Made by a program: the position numbers and the translations under genes. Under the pieces are notes generated by a model. The model was not told the origin of the DNA and searched no databases. It saw only the letters and a program-made list of their open reading frames with translations. Below are positions 50,001 through 64,000 of a stretch of 64,000 bases of DNA, one piece after another (the stretch's first letter is position 1; each line of letters begins with the position of its first letter). The stretch is from contig CM082582.2 in assembly GCA_040954595.2 (NCBI GenBank), positions 7,628,063-7,692,062 of the forward strand. The letters run 5' to 3'. Origin of the DNA: Balanoglossus misakiensis. Taxonomy: Eukaryota; Animalia; Hemichordata.

Positions 50001-53000
50001 TGAGGCATTGACATCACAACCTTGAAATTCATGACAGATTGTTCGATCCATCGCAGCCAAACTGTCAAATTTTCAGCCAAACAACACCGATGGGAATCCA
50101 TTTACATTTTGTATCTGGAGTATTTGACCAAGAAATGTTGAATGTAACCTTAATTCATGATGGATGAACACATCAACCTCCTCCGCATGTTAATTCTTCC
50201 GCGTAAAAGATTTTGAATTTATTTTTTGGACAGAACGGTAGTTTGCATATTTATTTCCTTGCTTTGATAGAAATGTGGCTACATGCGAGGCATATTAAAG
50301 AGTCACGGCTTTTAGCAAAAGTCTCAGAAGGGGAAAAAGTGAAGGCCTGATGATTCTCTGATGGACTAGGGTAACATCCCATGTCTAAAATCTCCCAGGT
50401 CTTTTAAACATTCTCCGAAGATCAGCCATAATTAAGTGTACTGTGGCCCAAACCTTTGACAAAGGTCACACAAAGGTCATTATAAATATTTATACTGGAA
50501 CCTGGACATGCATATGATTTTTTTGGAAACATCCTCCTAGAAGTTAGTATGCGTCTAGATATCAAAGTTCCTACAAGACAAGGGTTAAAAATTGAAGTTC
50601 AAAGTATTTTACCAAAAATATATGTCGACATGTGCCTGTAGATGATGGCGATTTTGCCAGGCCTCATGTCAATTTCACACAATTGAAAATTGATATATAC
50701 ACACCAGAAATAAACATTGCATTGCAGAGCACTTGACTCTAGCAATCAGTGCATTGTCAGAAAAGTTTGTTAATTGAATAAATGACGTAATGAAATTACA
50801 CTGATTTAACTGATTACTCCAGATGTTGTCTTTGTGAAAGAATATGTTTTCTCTAGCTCTGAATGAAATTAAGCCTGTTCGGGGCACCACTTTGACTTTG
50901 GCATGTGACATTGAGATTATTGCCAAGGTCAGGGTCGTCATAATATATTCTCCTCAAGAAAGCCGTGATTTGTGAGGTGGTACATTTAATAGTGTTAAAT
51001 TACAAATGATGGAAATGTTGACTGGTGTCATGACCACACATGCTGTACAACAAAATTGTCAAAAGTGATGTGCTTTAATACTGGAGCACTGGAGTTCTAG
51101 CCCAAGAAAAAAGAATCTCTGAAAAAAAGAATTTGCAGGGAAAAGTGTGAATAATCACATAAAATTTGAACTTCGAGGCAAGTTCAGTCAAAGAAGAAAA
51201 TATCACACCAACATCATCGAAAATTTAGAGTCAAAAACTGACAAAACACTGCCTTTCCTGAGAATGCAGATTGAGTTATAAATTGGTGTAATCAAGTCTC
51301 TGGACTAAAACCATCATGTTTATTTGACTTGTATATGATTGTCACGCAGCCCACAGTTTGACAGTGTTGTACCAGCATACCAGCACACACTTAATATCTG
51401 ACCATCAATTAAGACTGGTACCATCTATATATAATTTCTCTCTATTTAATTTATGCCATTCTACGACCGGATGACGAGAGAAACATTTGCTTTTCCCCAA
51501 TAATTTATTTCAGCGCTTTAAATCTTTCTCTAATTTTAGAAACTGGCTAGTGGAGAATGCATGCTGTTTGGCGAGTCTTGATAAACGATATTTTGTATTT
51601 CTGGACGGAGGAATTCCAAGCTTCCTTCGTAGATACCGATCACGATGCGCAATCCAACAGCAGCTGAAACCCAATCTTCCAGCAGTGTGTAAACTAGAAT
51701 CCTTTCGGCAACAACTCGCGGCTAATAAAAAACTACACCATCTGTCTGTCTTTCTAAAACATCTAGGGCCATCACCTATCGACTACTGTAGATGTTTCCT
51801 ATTCAATGTTTTGGCTTTCACCATAAGCCAAGCGGATCTACAAGAAGTGTTTCTTAGAACGTTTTTAAAAAGAACAGAGTATGCCATGTTGCAAAGTATC
51901 TTTCAGCCTTGCAAAAAAAATTACAAAAAGTGAAGTACATGTAGTGATTAATTATTGAGGATCAATTTTTGTTCTGAAAAGCCAAATGCTATCTTCACCA
52001 ACAAGGTGAGTTTATAGCCTTTTATGTATTCATTGCCGATGTGAAATCACTGGAGACTACATTCATCATCTCAGCATGAATTCATTCCACTCTGGTATCA
52101 CAATCACTTTGTTTGCATCCTCTACATTCTTATTACAATGTGTCTAAGTGCAGCCGCATGAAACGTCGAGAAACATAGTCCAGAATCCAGGTGGTCAATT
52201 TCAGGTCAGTTTTGAGGTTCATATACAGAGTATGAATTTACAGGGATTTCTGGCTTCCCATATAAACCTGAAGAGACTCTGATTCTGCACTGACAGCAAT
52301 GAAACAAACTAATAAAATTGGACACAATTAAGCCTCATCAAAGAATATCATATCAAATGAAAGGACAGAAGCTCTAATTCTTTAGTATTGTGTTATTTGT
52401 TATCATTGCGTCCAGATTTTTTTTTATCTTCTCTAGACTATACAGTATCATTTGAAGGAACTGGTGTTGAACCTTTCAAAAGTCATGTGTGCCCCAATGT
52501 TATTGCTGGCAATAATGATGTGAGACAAATTAAATTGAAAAACAATTCTTAAGTTATGAAGGTAAAGGAGCTTTAATGGTCGGATGATACCACCAAATCT
52601 CTTTTTTATTTTCCCAATTGGTGAAGACACCCTTGTGAGTGGTTAACTAACTTTAAAATGTGAAAGAACTCCTGGAATTAAGAGAGGAGGAAAGGTCACT
52701 CCTTCTGATCATCACTTTGATTGATGACACCTCATGTGTTCCATTCCGTGCATACTTGCCGGCAGGATTTTCTCAATTCCCAATTCCCGCACAGACCTAG
52801 AATTCCATACTGCCCCCCCCCCCCTTTACACAAAGCCGTAAATCCATGTTGGGCATTTTTAAGGACTATAACTTCAGCTGTGAAAATCACACGCACTGTA
52901 TCCGTGTTTGCAAAACAACTAGAGAACGACTGTTAAGATTTTTTTAAAGAGTGACACACCTACATAATTTACAAACTGGTGTTTATAGCCGAATGAAGTA

Positions 53001-56000
53001 CTGCAGGTCGAGGGTCTGGGTGGGTATATACTATATATTCACATGTCGAGTGATTCTTTAACTAGGATACCAGCACTCTTCCTGCTATGAAAATTCAAAA
53101 GATCATCTGGGCTTGTTCGAGGTCAATTATAGTCCAGTGTGAAACTGATGCACCTAAATAGAACTTTAATAGAAACTGCAGACAGCATGAAGCCATTACA
53201 GTACAAGGTTGTGCATCACAGTACAAAACACAAACTAAAGACATGAATCACTCATTTTGCCAAAAATAATGGAGGTGTGAAAGATTTGTGTTCATGTCCA
53301 CGTCGCCTGGCTGTGTTTGGATGGTTGACGTGGCGATGAGTGATAAGATAATCAAGTGCCGAACGGCTAACATCAACAACGGCCAAAATGATTTAACTCC
53401 CACACTTTTTCATTTGACACACCCACTAATTCATTTTCCCCTTTTGCATGCCTCTCACTCCAGCGTCAGTTGCTGTACGTTAACGACCAGATAGGCTAAT
53501 GTGCAGTTCATAACAAAAATTCACTCAGCCGAGAAACTTTTCATGGAAAAAAATGAGGATGTCCCAAAACCACCCAAGAAAAGTGACCGAACATGAAATA
53601 AACTCCCCCTAGTGCACACACACACACATGAAGTGGAGACACTGTCTATTGGACATGCAGCTCCTGCCAAGCTTGAGTTCTTGTAGATATATATTTCCCC
53701 TGCTCCATGTTTTGTGGTTTATTCTTTGGACTATCACAGTCTAAACTCTCACAGTGTCATCGTTTCTGATAAAAGTGTCGAATAAAACACTGAATGAACT
53801 GTCTAAGCCCAGCTGCACTTGCACAGGGGTTTGACCTGAGATATGGAAGCTGGCCGGGCCTGACTCTTATAAATAACTCCACTGCTCAGCTAGCTGTGAC
53901 ACTTATTTTGAGAATGCTACAAACGTGAAGTGAATCTGCCTCTACTCACCACATATCCCTAAGCGGCAGCTGACGGCCACAGCAGAACTCTCCACTGATG
54001 TCTCATAGTCCATTACAAAAACAAATACTTCCACTTTCAAGTTAGACGCAGCTATATAGTTCTCTTATACCTCATTGGTTATTCTAAGTGGGTACGACCA
54101 TTTTTCCACAAGGGAAGGATTATAGTTGGCAAAACTGCCCATAATTCCCGCTATGAAGCGCAGGCATAAAATCACAATCTGGTGATCAGGCAATCTGTTC
54201 CACGGCTTGCTGCAACACACAATATTCTTTTCTGATTCAGCTTGGCTTTTGATCAAAATCTTGGTTTCATAAATCAGCAATCTGGAGTGTTGCTAATTAT
54301 GAAAATTACAAATTCCGCAGTGTGATTTGATCGGGAAGTATAAATAAATTAATTAGCAGGCGATTAAATTTGCAATACCCCAACAGAAACATTATCACAA
54401 CCAACTTCCCCGTTTCGACTAGTCCGAACACGCATGATTTATTTCAGAACATTTGACCTCCATTCTGTCAACAAAACCAAAGCAAGGAAGTTCTCTCGTA
54501 TACATGAAATATTTTTTTCACATAAGAGGTTCATGCACTCTGTTTCCCCTATCAATGGTACTGAAAGAAAACAAATATTGATATTTCTTTTTCTATTTCC
54601 TGCTATGGTGTCCTGTTACTGCTATAGAATATGCCAACAAATCTCATGTACTGGTATGTTTTTAATTTTATGGACATATTTTTGATAGGTACCAGAAAGG
54701 TTGAGTTCTATCACAGGAAATATTTCTGGCTGCTCAACAAGAAGATGTGATAACTGAGTCAGCATTTAAATCAGGATAAAATTTATAAGGAACACATCAC
54801 ATGAAAATAAATGCAATTCCAAAAATGTTAAACTAGGATGGCTTTGTCCCTTTAAAGCTTCCTCTGACCAAAGTAAGAGCATTAGGTTTAGACTACCTTC
54901 TTAAACATCTTATGTATCATGAGAGTGAAATCTCCCAGCAAGCTGGGGGGTTTTGCAGCGCAAAGCTTGGTTCTCCAGCTTATAGATCTTAAGAACACTG
55001 ATTCTGTCTGGATAAACGAACAAATAATTGCGAGGTGATTGATCAAAAAACAACAACACAGATTGCAAATAATTTGCAGTCAAGAATGTTATCGTTCGAC
55101 CCGTCTCTTCATGATATCGCAACACGGTGTAAACTCGGAAACGAGCCACAAAAGAAAATTGCACAGATAACAGATCTTAATCGCACATAGCCGCCACCAT
55201 ATGATTATCGTTTTTCTCATTACAAAGCAGTCGGTCATATCTTTTAATATAATTTCTATATGCCAGATTTTCTGATCGAGTGAAGATAGGCCAATGGCAC
55301 ACAACCATATTTTTCACGCACAGTCAATGCTTCATGTCGCTGGCAGAACCTGTTAAGTTGCTATGGTAACAACAGAAGTCAATGCTATAGAGTTACTAAA
55401 GATGAAATAATTCTAACATCTTTTATGTTAATTTTAGGACAGAAAACTATAAACAGAGGTCTTTTATTTTCCTGTGACTTTTGAACCACGCCTGCAATGT
55501 TGTTTGTAAAATAAAATATGAGTTGCTTTATTCTTCAGAAATTTTTCGCTGGCTGTTGCGTTTAGTGTGATCTCAGATGAGGTGTGATTGGCGCTATGTC
55601 CGCTTTGTCGATACAGCCAGTGCACAACGGGCTTTACAATTATCACCACAGGGTACTTGTGAAAATGCACACCTTTTCACGCCAGTAAACACGACACATC
55701 AACAATGTGTGAACAGATCTTCTTCCTCAGCAAATACTGGTATCCCTCACGCAAACAGTAACATGCGACTTGGTTTTAATTTAATATGGAATTTTAATTT
55801 CCCCAATTATTGTTTTTTTAAAGCATACATTGGCATTTTTCCCTTTTCATATACAGAACAGAAAGTGTCATGAAATTCAATGTCAATGAAATGTAAAAAA
55901 AAATTGAAAAAGATAACACATGCAAGATGTCCATTTATAAGAAACTTCATGAAATATAATATCATTTAGTTTGTTTGATGATTCAGGAAACAACAAGGGC

Positions 56001-57535
56001 GGTCTTTTCATCATTTTTAGATTACAAAGATCAAATATGTGGAAAAATTGATTTAGCGCACTTCTAGTAGTAAGATTATGGACCACAATGACATATTTTC
56101 CATCACATATCTGGTCGAATCAAAGATAGGTCATGGGTCCCACATGGATATGATTTCGCTCCGAAAACACTGATATCATCATCAATCTCTGGGGTCACTC
56201 ATCTATGCAAACACATCACCATTTGACTCCCTAACCTTCACAGATAAAATGCCTCCTTTTTGTTTGACCCAAGCTCCTGGTGGAATTTCCCAACACAGCC
56301 ATCCCGGAGAATTCATTACTTCAATTCCATCTTTTCATTCACAGCACGCGGACACTCTGTCACACATCAGTAATATCCATTTTTTTTTGTCAGGCCCCAA
56401 GTTGACTCTTTCCGCGCAACCACGGTAACCCCAGCGCTCGCTCAATCACCTTGGCGATGTGATTGTTGGTACTGATAATCCCACGGCAACGGTAATCGTT
56501 CCCAACTCTGACAGTCCGGTTTCGATAAAATCTGTAAATCATAATTAAAAACAATCAAATTACACAGGCTTAAATTTTCAAAGAGACTTGTACCTTGTTT
56601 CTACTCATTTTCTTTGGGATAAATCTGTTCCGCTGTTGTGTTTGCTTTCGCTGATTACCAATTATCCCTGCCTGAGACTGGATCAGACACTTCCCTGATG
56701 TTAAGTGGAGCAAGCTTACACACTTTTACACTGACTGTTCATGTACTTTTTTCTAATTTCAATCACCAGTAATTTTCAGTACTCATGGCCGTTCGTCACT
56801 AACTTTGGATAACCATTCATTACTATAAACAACCAGTAATAGTTTATCACACGCACAGAATTGACACCTGTGTGTACCGTAACTACTGACAATGATTATA
56901 TGCCAATTTGAAGACGGAAAAAATGCTGGGAAACGTTTGATGCATTTACAAGGATCCGTCTGTCAAATATTGAAGAACTACCGCACGTTCTGCAGAAACA
57001 CAGTTACCATTTTCTCCCTTTTCTTTGTCACTTTGATTCAAATCGTATCTAAAATCTCGCCATGACTCTCCTCTTACATTCAGCAAACCTATTTCCTCCT
57101 CCAGCTAGTTCTCACAAATCATCACACTTCTCTGTCCATTGACTAAATCCTGAGCTAATGCACACAAATTGTTTATGGCATGTTGGAAATGTGGGCATCT
57201 GAAAAGCATAGGGCTCTGGGAAGCTAAGAAACAGCGATAATGTCCACAGTGCACACTTGCAGAAAAGATTTTCATTTCTTTGGATGTTTTTCTACATTAG
57301 CCTTTGACACAGCTTAGATAAGAATGACAATGTACACTGTGTCTTAGTCATAAATTGCAAAAACTAATACCCGTACATGATAATCTCCCAACCATCGATA
57401 GCTAATGTTTTTATAATGCATTCTAATGCATTTTGGTATAACGCATATTGCCTTCCTAAAGCAGGGAGATTTTCTGACAATATGCTTTCCTGGGATGCAT
57501 TCTAAAATCGACTCTACATTGTATGTATATATGTC

Positions 57536-57995
57536 TTTATAATATACCTCATGCTAATACTGTGCCGTGATTCGCCAGAATCCGTCACGTGATAGGAAAA
57601 TAGAATCGACTATGAACCGCTAGGGCAATAGCAGAAAAAATATAAACCGGTCACGTGACTAGCGTGAGTGCGCAGACTCGGTCACGTCAATCAGCGTCGC
57701 GTCGTCTGACACAATGGCCACCGCGGAAGGTGTCGTCTGCCAACCTCAAGAGAAAATTGCAAGATTTTCCCAGCTGTTAGCATGAGGTTTATTATAAAAC
57801 ACCTATAGCCTGGCCTATATTCGGGCCATAGCAGCCGTTTTTACCCCCTCGTGACTGTGAGTTACCATAATCATATGCTATTTCCCTCGGCCTGCGGCCT
57901 CGGGAAATAGCATATGATTATGGTAACTCACAGCCCCTCGGGTGCAATAAACGGCCGCTATGGCCCTCATGGCCAGGCAATAGGTGTTCAGTATA
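57536..57995. mobile_element. 460-bp non-coding element with two abutting inverted-repeat pairs and a long hairpin (Crypton/DIRS-like architecture)
   Basis: 57536-57557 matches the reverse complement of 57777-57798 at 21/22. 57798-57886 pairs with 57902-57988, with a perfect 32-bp core (57855-57886/57902-57933). TATA occurs at both ends. Confidence 0.75.
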
Positions 57996-60900
57996 GTACC
58001 TACGCTACGCAGTAAAATCAGTCATTGTCAATGACACAGTCCTCACTGATCAATTGGTTATTAAAGAAAAGATAAGAAAATCACAGTGGGATGAAATCAG
58101 TCATGGCCATGCATGGCTGCAAAATTGCAGTGCGACAGACGTACTGTACAGACGGATGGACAACACACAAGGATGCAGATGGATGGTCGGTGGAGCTCAA
58201 TCCATTATAGTTCCCTCCAATATTACTTTGGTCAGTGGGGAGTAATTAGCCAGAAAATATTTGCTTGTCTGAAGAAGCTAGATTATCTTTGATTTGTTTT
58301 TGATGGCCCACAGATGGATGCGGATGAAAGTCCAGAGCTATAGGTACAAGACAGAGAAGCTTGAGCAGTCACCTTTTTTTTTCTGGTTATTAGTCTGGTT
58401 TTTGGCCTGAGACAGTCACCTACTGTCTGCAAATACATATACCTGTAATGTGGTTGTGGCACTGCGCTATACTGACAACTGGAGGATGCACTCAATTCAC
58501 TGGTGTACCACGCACCAGCTCAATATGCACACTGCATCAGCAAACCTGTAATTTTGAAGGTATATAACAAAACACTTACAGTACAAAGACGTACCACCCT
58601 GCAAGACATGCACATCTAGAGAAAAAAATTACACCTTCCCATTTATTATACATTCACCTTTTTCGATTTAGCTGACCACCTCGCCCGTTTCATCGATATA
58701 ATTTACTACGCTTGATATAGCTCATAATAAAATATCACAGAAGGGCACATTAACTGCCTCTATTAATGCCTCAATAGGTATCAACCTGACAGAGTAATGT
58801 GTTGACACATCCTAAAAGAACAAACCATTATTCCATAATAAATACCATTTATTACACGCCTTCAGCTTGGCAATTACAAACACTGCAGGCTTCCTCAGTG
58901 GGAAAAATTAATCGTTTCAATTCCATGACCTGGCTTTTCGTCTGTATTTTGTCTTAGAGGGGCAAAATTGCTAACTTTTTGATATTATTTTCATGTTAGA
59001 TTCTTTTGCTAGGGATTCAATTTTATATTCTGTTTGTTAAATGGATGTGAATCATTGATTAAAACATTGTAAAATCTGAAATATAGACACTAACTCAGTT
59101 TGTATGGTCTGTTGCCTTGCTGCATGCCAGACTCTCAGACCAGAGAGACCCTAGGTTCTTGGCTCAGCCTGGTGCTAAAAAAGCCACTTGTGCCACGTAC
59201 TATCAAGGAACAATGTCGACATAACAATTTCCTCATTAGTGTTTCATGTGTCTTCACAGCTTTAGTTCCGAAACACTCCAATTTGTCCCCTTGACTTTCC
59301 TCCCATGAGTAAATCTCTGATAGCGATCTCGTTAGTCGTGACTGTGAGTGAATGCCAGACGGTAGGAGTGAGTGTTAGCAGCGTTTGTGGGGAAGGGTGT
59401 GAACACCGTGCCACACTGGGCTTCAAGTGGAGGGGGGGGGGAGCTTCTAAATTGTACGTCAGCAGGGCCCATACACTCAAATCATTCTGCTAGGCTGATA
59501 CTTTCTAATTGGTTCTGATGTTCCAAGGTGTTAATATAGGTACACCAGGATGGACATGCACTGTGACAGCTATCGAAGATGCCAATTTGATACAACCGTG
59601 TTTTCATCAAAATAAGCAGTATTTATTTTATCAATGATACGGAACTATGGAATTTTTTTTCAAACTGTCTCATTCATACAATCATAGGAACTGAGGCATT
59701 TTCTTGGTCGCGCTTTGACAGGTCATTTACTGGTAACCATAACATTGAAATGGTCAGAAACAGAGCGGACACAATCATGTTCAAGGCTGAAACAAACGTA
59801 GAAATCCTGACAAACCTGTTTATTTCACGTGAAACGAACACGGCTAAAGTAACGTTCAAAGTAACACTCGATCATGCATCGCAAGCAAATCGGTTACTGA
59901 TGACAGCGTCACAGTAATATGATACGACAAATTTGATGTATGAGAAACAATTCAATCATAAAGCTGCTTCATCACTGATTCATTATTCTCCCATGCCACC
60001 TCACAGACAATCTGAAAATGTCAAATCCATTTTTAGCGGTGACTGTTCCTACCGCGGGCAAAAATCACAATTAGTCCCGAATATTAATGCGTACATTTTC
60101 AATTTGGTACGGCTTAAATTGTCCTGTTTTAAGTGTAAATACACGCGATACATCATCCTTTCGACATTTCTGGATCGGAAATCTACGTTTTGTTTTGGCC
60201 CAGCTTTCAGTTCCATTAGGAGAGCTGTAACTTACACAACCTCACAATCTCGTAAAATTCACATGTAGGGATAAAAGATGTTACTTTAATTTTCATATAC
60301 AATGAAACAACATGTGGCATTTTATTAAGTCTTACACAAACTTGACAAAGAAAAGAAAGCATATTCGGAAATTTCCAATGGTTTTGGAGAAATAGCAAGC
60401 AATTGCTTCACAATAATTGCATAAAGATACTTCAAAAGTCAGTTTAATATTTCATAACCCATTTCTGAATTGACAAATTGATCGGCATTACTACCCATAG
60501 TTCTTAACAGGTGCACGTATCTTGTGCACTTATCATCATAAGTTCATAGAGTCTCTAATGAGGTAGAAGAAACTCGATTCATCGAAAGTTCAAAGCAATA
60601 TTCTCTCACAACAGAGTTGAAACATTAGCCTGAGAACTTTCCGATGGGAATACCATCAAGCAACACTTAAACCATTGATCTTGTTTTCTTGTGCTTTCAA
60701 ACAAAATGTCAAATGGTGCAAATGTTCTTGCTTTGTATTTTTTTAAATCTCCATGACAACTAATATCTACCGTAGTTTATTGATTCCTATTTTATACCTT
60801 TAATGACCAACAAATCAGAAGATTACACATAAAAGATTCACAGATTGCCTATTTATTTCAAATTTAGAGGTCAAATTTGAGGAAAAATATGACATTAAGC

Positions 60901-61789
60901 TCACACACAACTGCAGTTAAACTTATTTTCGCTTGCCGTAATATTGACAGTACAACCACTCATAAGAACATTATTTTTGTCTGTTTGTACTAAATTGTAG
61001 TTTTATGAAGGTAGTGATTAATGACCTCTCCTGTTGCCATTTTAATGAATATTCAGAAAAAATATCTGTTTTACGAGTTTGCACTATAAAATACATTTAT
61101 CATATCGAGTGCCTGTTTCCTGAACACACATGCGAATCCACCAAAACATATGTCATGATGTCTCTAATAGGTGCAAGGAATTTTATTCTGTGTACTCAGA
61201 GTAAAAATTTGAAAGCACTGTGTACATAGAAGAATCAGTGTGTTCTTTGTTCCTTCACAATTCATTTTTCTTCTTCCAAAGCAGCCCTGCCAGCAAAACA
61301 TAATTTTCGTTTCAATATAAAATCTGTGTATGGTGTGTTATTTTTGTGAAAATTCCAGATTTGTAATGAACAAAAATACTGCCGTGGAATTTCTTGAAAA
61401 TATATGAAACGAACAGACCTAATTCCTTTTAATATTTGAAATGCTAAACAAGATTAAAAATAGCAATGGCAAGCTTTGGAGATTGTGGTACAGCTACCTT
61501 TATAACTACACAATGACTGATAGATTTTATAAATAATACACAGCTGCAAAGATTGGAACTTAAAAAGGATTATTCCAAATAATCCTTCCTGGGTAGAATG
61601 GATATTTGTTCATACTTTCTCCCTCCCAGAACAAATCCATTACAGATTCTGAATGAAATTAAATGCTATAGTAGGTATTTTCCAGATTTTTATCCATGCC
61701 ACAGGGAATGAACTGATAAATTTACATATGTACGGTAGTAGTGTATCAAACTTCGGCAGAAATTAGTTCAGGGACAACTGTTGTAGGCT

Positions 61790-62080
61790 CTGGCTAAAAT
61801 CAAAACAAAATGGCTGCTAATCAGCCATATTTGATTACATCACAAAACTAATCGACATGCAGGTATGCATGCTGTTAGGGTATAAACTGTACATGTAGTA
61901 CCGTACATGTAGTCTTCATGCCAACTTTGGAAGAACTTGGTTCATACATGTCAGTAAAGACAATGGACATGAAAATCAATGGTTGCCATGCGGTCAGCCA
62001 TATTGGATTGTATCGCAAAACAAGTGCAGGAGTCTGCATATCAATCATAGTATACTGTCCTTGAGCTTGTAAAGCATTTA
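61790..62080. repeat. Degenerate ~180-bp tandem units (aaatgg...tcagccatatt.gatt...caaaac), Helentron-MITE internal-repeat-like
   Basis: tcagccatatttgattacatcacaaaac at about 61821 and tcagccatattggattgtatcgcaaaac at about 61994. Confidence 0.5.
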
Positions 62081-64000
62081 ATAATACACAGGAGATGTCA
62101 TTATATGTATTGACACAATCTTTGCACAAGGTGCATCATACTTAAACATGACCCATCTGAAATGCCTGCCAAGCACAGCATGGGATCTGACATTAGTGTC
62201 TTTTTTCTGTCATCTCTACTCGCTGCAAGCTGGTTTGATAGACACTAACAGCTGAAACCTGGACAAACCGGGAGACAGGTTACTCGGGGGAGAGTGATGC
62301 ATGGCTGCTACGTGCTGAGATTTCATTCCGAACTCGCTAAATTTAGAAAAGAGGAATCGGGAGAGAGTGAGTCAGTTGTTTCAATGGTGGCATCTAAAGT
62401 TAAAGGTGACGCTTGGAGCAATTGGGAGCCTCTGTGACCTCTGACCTGCCTGTCAACACCTGAATACCACCCCAACGATGGTGATTCATGCTTTGAACGG
62501 TCATGCTCTGCTTCAGGAGATCGATCAACTTTGACTTTTGTACGAAATACAGAATACAGCACTATAGTGTGCCGCCATTTTTGCAAGCCTTCTCTGGCCA
62601 ATTTTTTCATGGACATTTTCTGGGAATCTTTTTTTTAATCTTCCAGCCCTCCCCCCCTGATATCAAATGGTCCACCCCTTAGCCACGCAGCACCGGACAC
62701 TGATCTATCACAAGTTCTTCTGCACAAAACTGGACCCGCCACTGACATTCACAGACTACGAGGCACAGACGTCATCATTCTCCCTTTTTCCATTAGTCCT
62801 AAAAAGAGCAATGGCAACCTCATCAATTTCGAGCATATAGATGTGTCTTTAAGAAACATGAGAGGGGGAAACATTAGATGGATATTAAAATTTATAAGTC
62901 AATTATCATTGACTGGGAGTGGATGGAGACCTGTACGACATGATGGCAAGTAGAGTGTTTAATTGCGATCAGTTCACCGTTGTTAATCACTCCATCATAC
63001 TGCAATTATGAGAGCGGGAAGCGCTGAACGACAAAATGTCTCGAAAGCTCAGCAAATCTGAAAGGTCAAAGTACTATTTCTGGAAATAAAGACAGAAGTT
63101 TGTACTAATTCTTTGACAACAATCAGACTTCAATTATTTTTTATCATGATTCAGAGATGATTACTGTCGGCATTTCAGGTTCGTTGAACTTTTCAGATAA
63201 AGCTCCCGTCTGATTGTTAGTCTCACATTTTGTTTTTACAAAATAAGTGTCGTTCGTCACTTTTCTGCTCCGCTGCTTCCAAAGGACATTCAACTTCAGT
63301 TTTTTCCAGCATTCACCACTTCTACAGTCATCAATTCTTCTTCTTTGCCGAGTCCTTCCGTCTGCTTGACACCTTTCCAAAGTGGGCACGATCTCATCCG
63401 GGCGACGAAATCCCTGAGCAAGTCAATTTGAAGGTGTATAGGTGACGAGACACCACAGCAACCGCATGGCTCCGATTTCCATTTGGGAGAAAAAGCGACC
63501 GTAGCACAGAAAAGAGATGCTCAACATAGAATACTGTAGTACTCGTTGAGCCATGACCTATGATTCACAAAAAGTCCATTCCTATTGTAGCACTTTATCC
63601 ACAAGCATACAGTCTATTTTCCCTCGGTGATTAAAATTTGGTGTAAAAAAATCATTTCAGACAGCGCTCTTGATAAACCCAAAGAAGTAGTGTTGATGAC
63701 ATAAAATGAAAGCATGAATATTTTAGCAACATTTTCATCTAATGATAATAAAGAATTTCCCGCATTGTCTCATTTACGATTAACACAAAATTATCAATCA
63801 TATGTCACTTATTAATATTTAATTCAGCAGTGTCAGGAATTGGATCTGATTGGCCTTGCTCATAAATACATAATGAAATTAATGAAATAAATATAGTAAA
63901 TAATAGAAAAATAGAAATGAAGCAATGAATTTTTCATTCAAATTTTCAGGCCCAAGACAAACACTAACTGGTACTCACAGATTTACAAAACCCAGATAAA

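Noticed and set aside
51487-51933. 148-aa TTG-started ORF
   Set aside because: No recognisable domain, no ATG start and no clear splice context.

Overview
AT-rich, intron-rich animal genomic DNA. The repeat landscape resembles a marine invertebrate deuterostome such as a hemichordate, but this is inference only. Two nucleotide-cyclase genes lie head-to-tail on the minus strand. (1) A complete group II (ADCY2/4/7-like) transmembrane adenylyl cyclase, reconstructed by hand as 23 phase-consistent GT-AG coding exons from ATG 34394 to TGA 6069 (3420 nt, 1139 aa), plus a candidate in-frame 18-nt microexon. (2) About 3 kb past its likely polyA signal, the first 1.44-kb coding exon (1968-527) of an unusual membrane guanylyl-cyclase-like protein, TM-NIT(nitrate/nitrite-sensing)-TM-signalling helix-cyclase, with no kinase-homology or H-NOX domain; the rest of this gene runs off the left edge. 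I recognise no coding exon in 34.6-64 kb. That region holds a dense RUNX/MYB-like motif cluster, a 460-bp element whose internal site is complementary to both of its ends (tyrosine-recombinase-like architecture), and several MITE/Helentron-like fragments. No rRNA, tRNA or CRISPR was seen.
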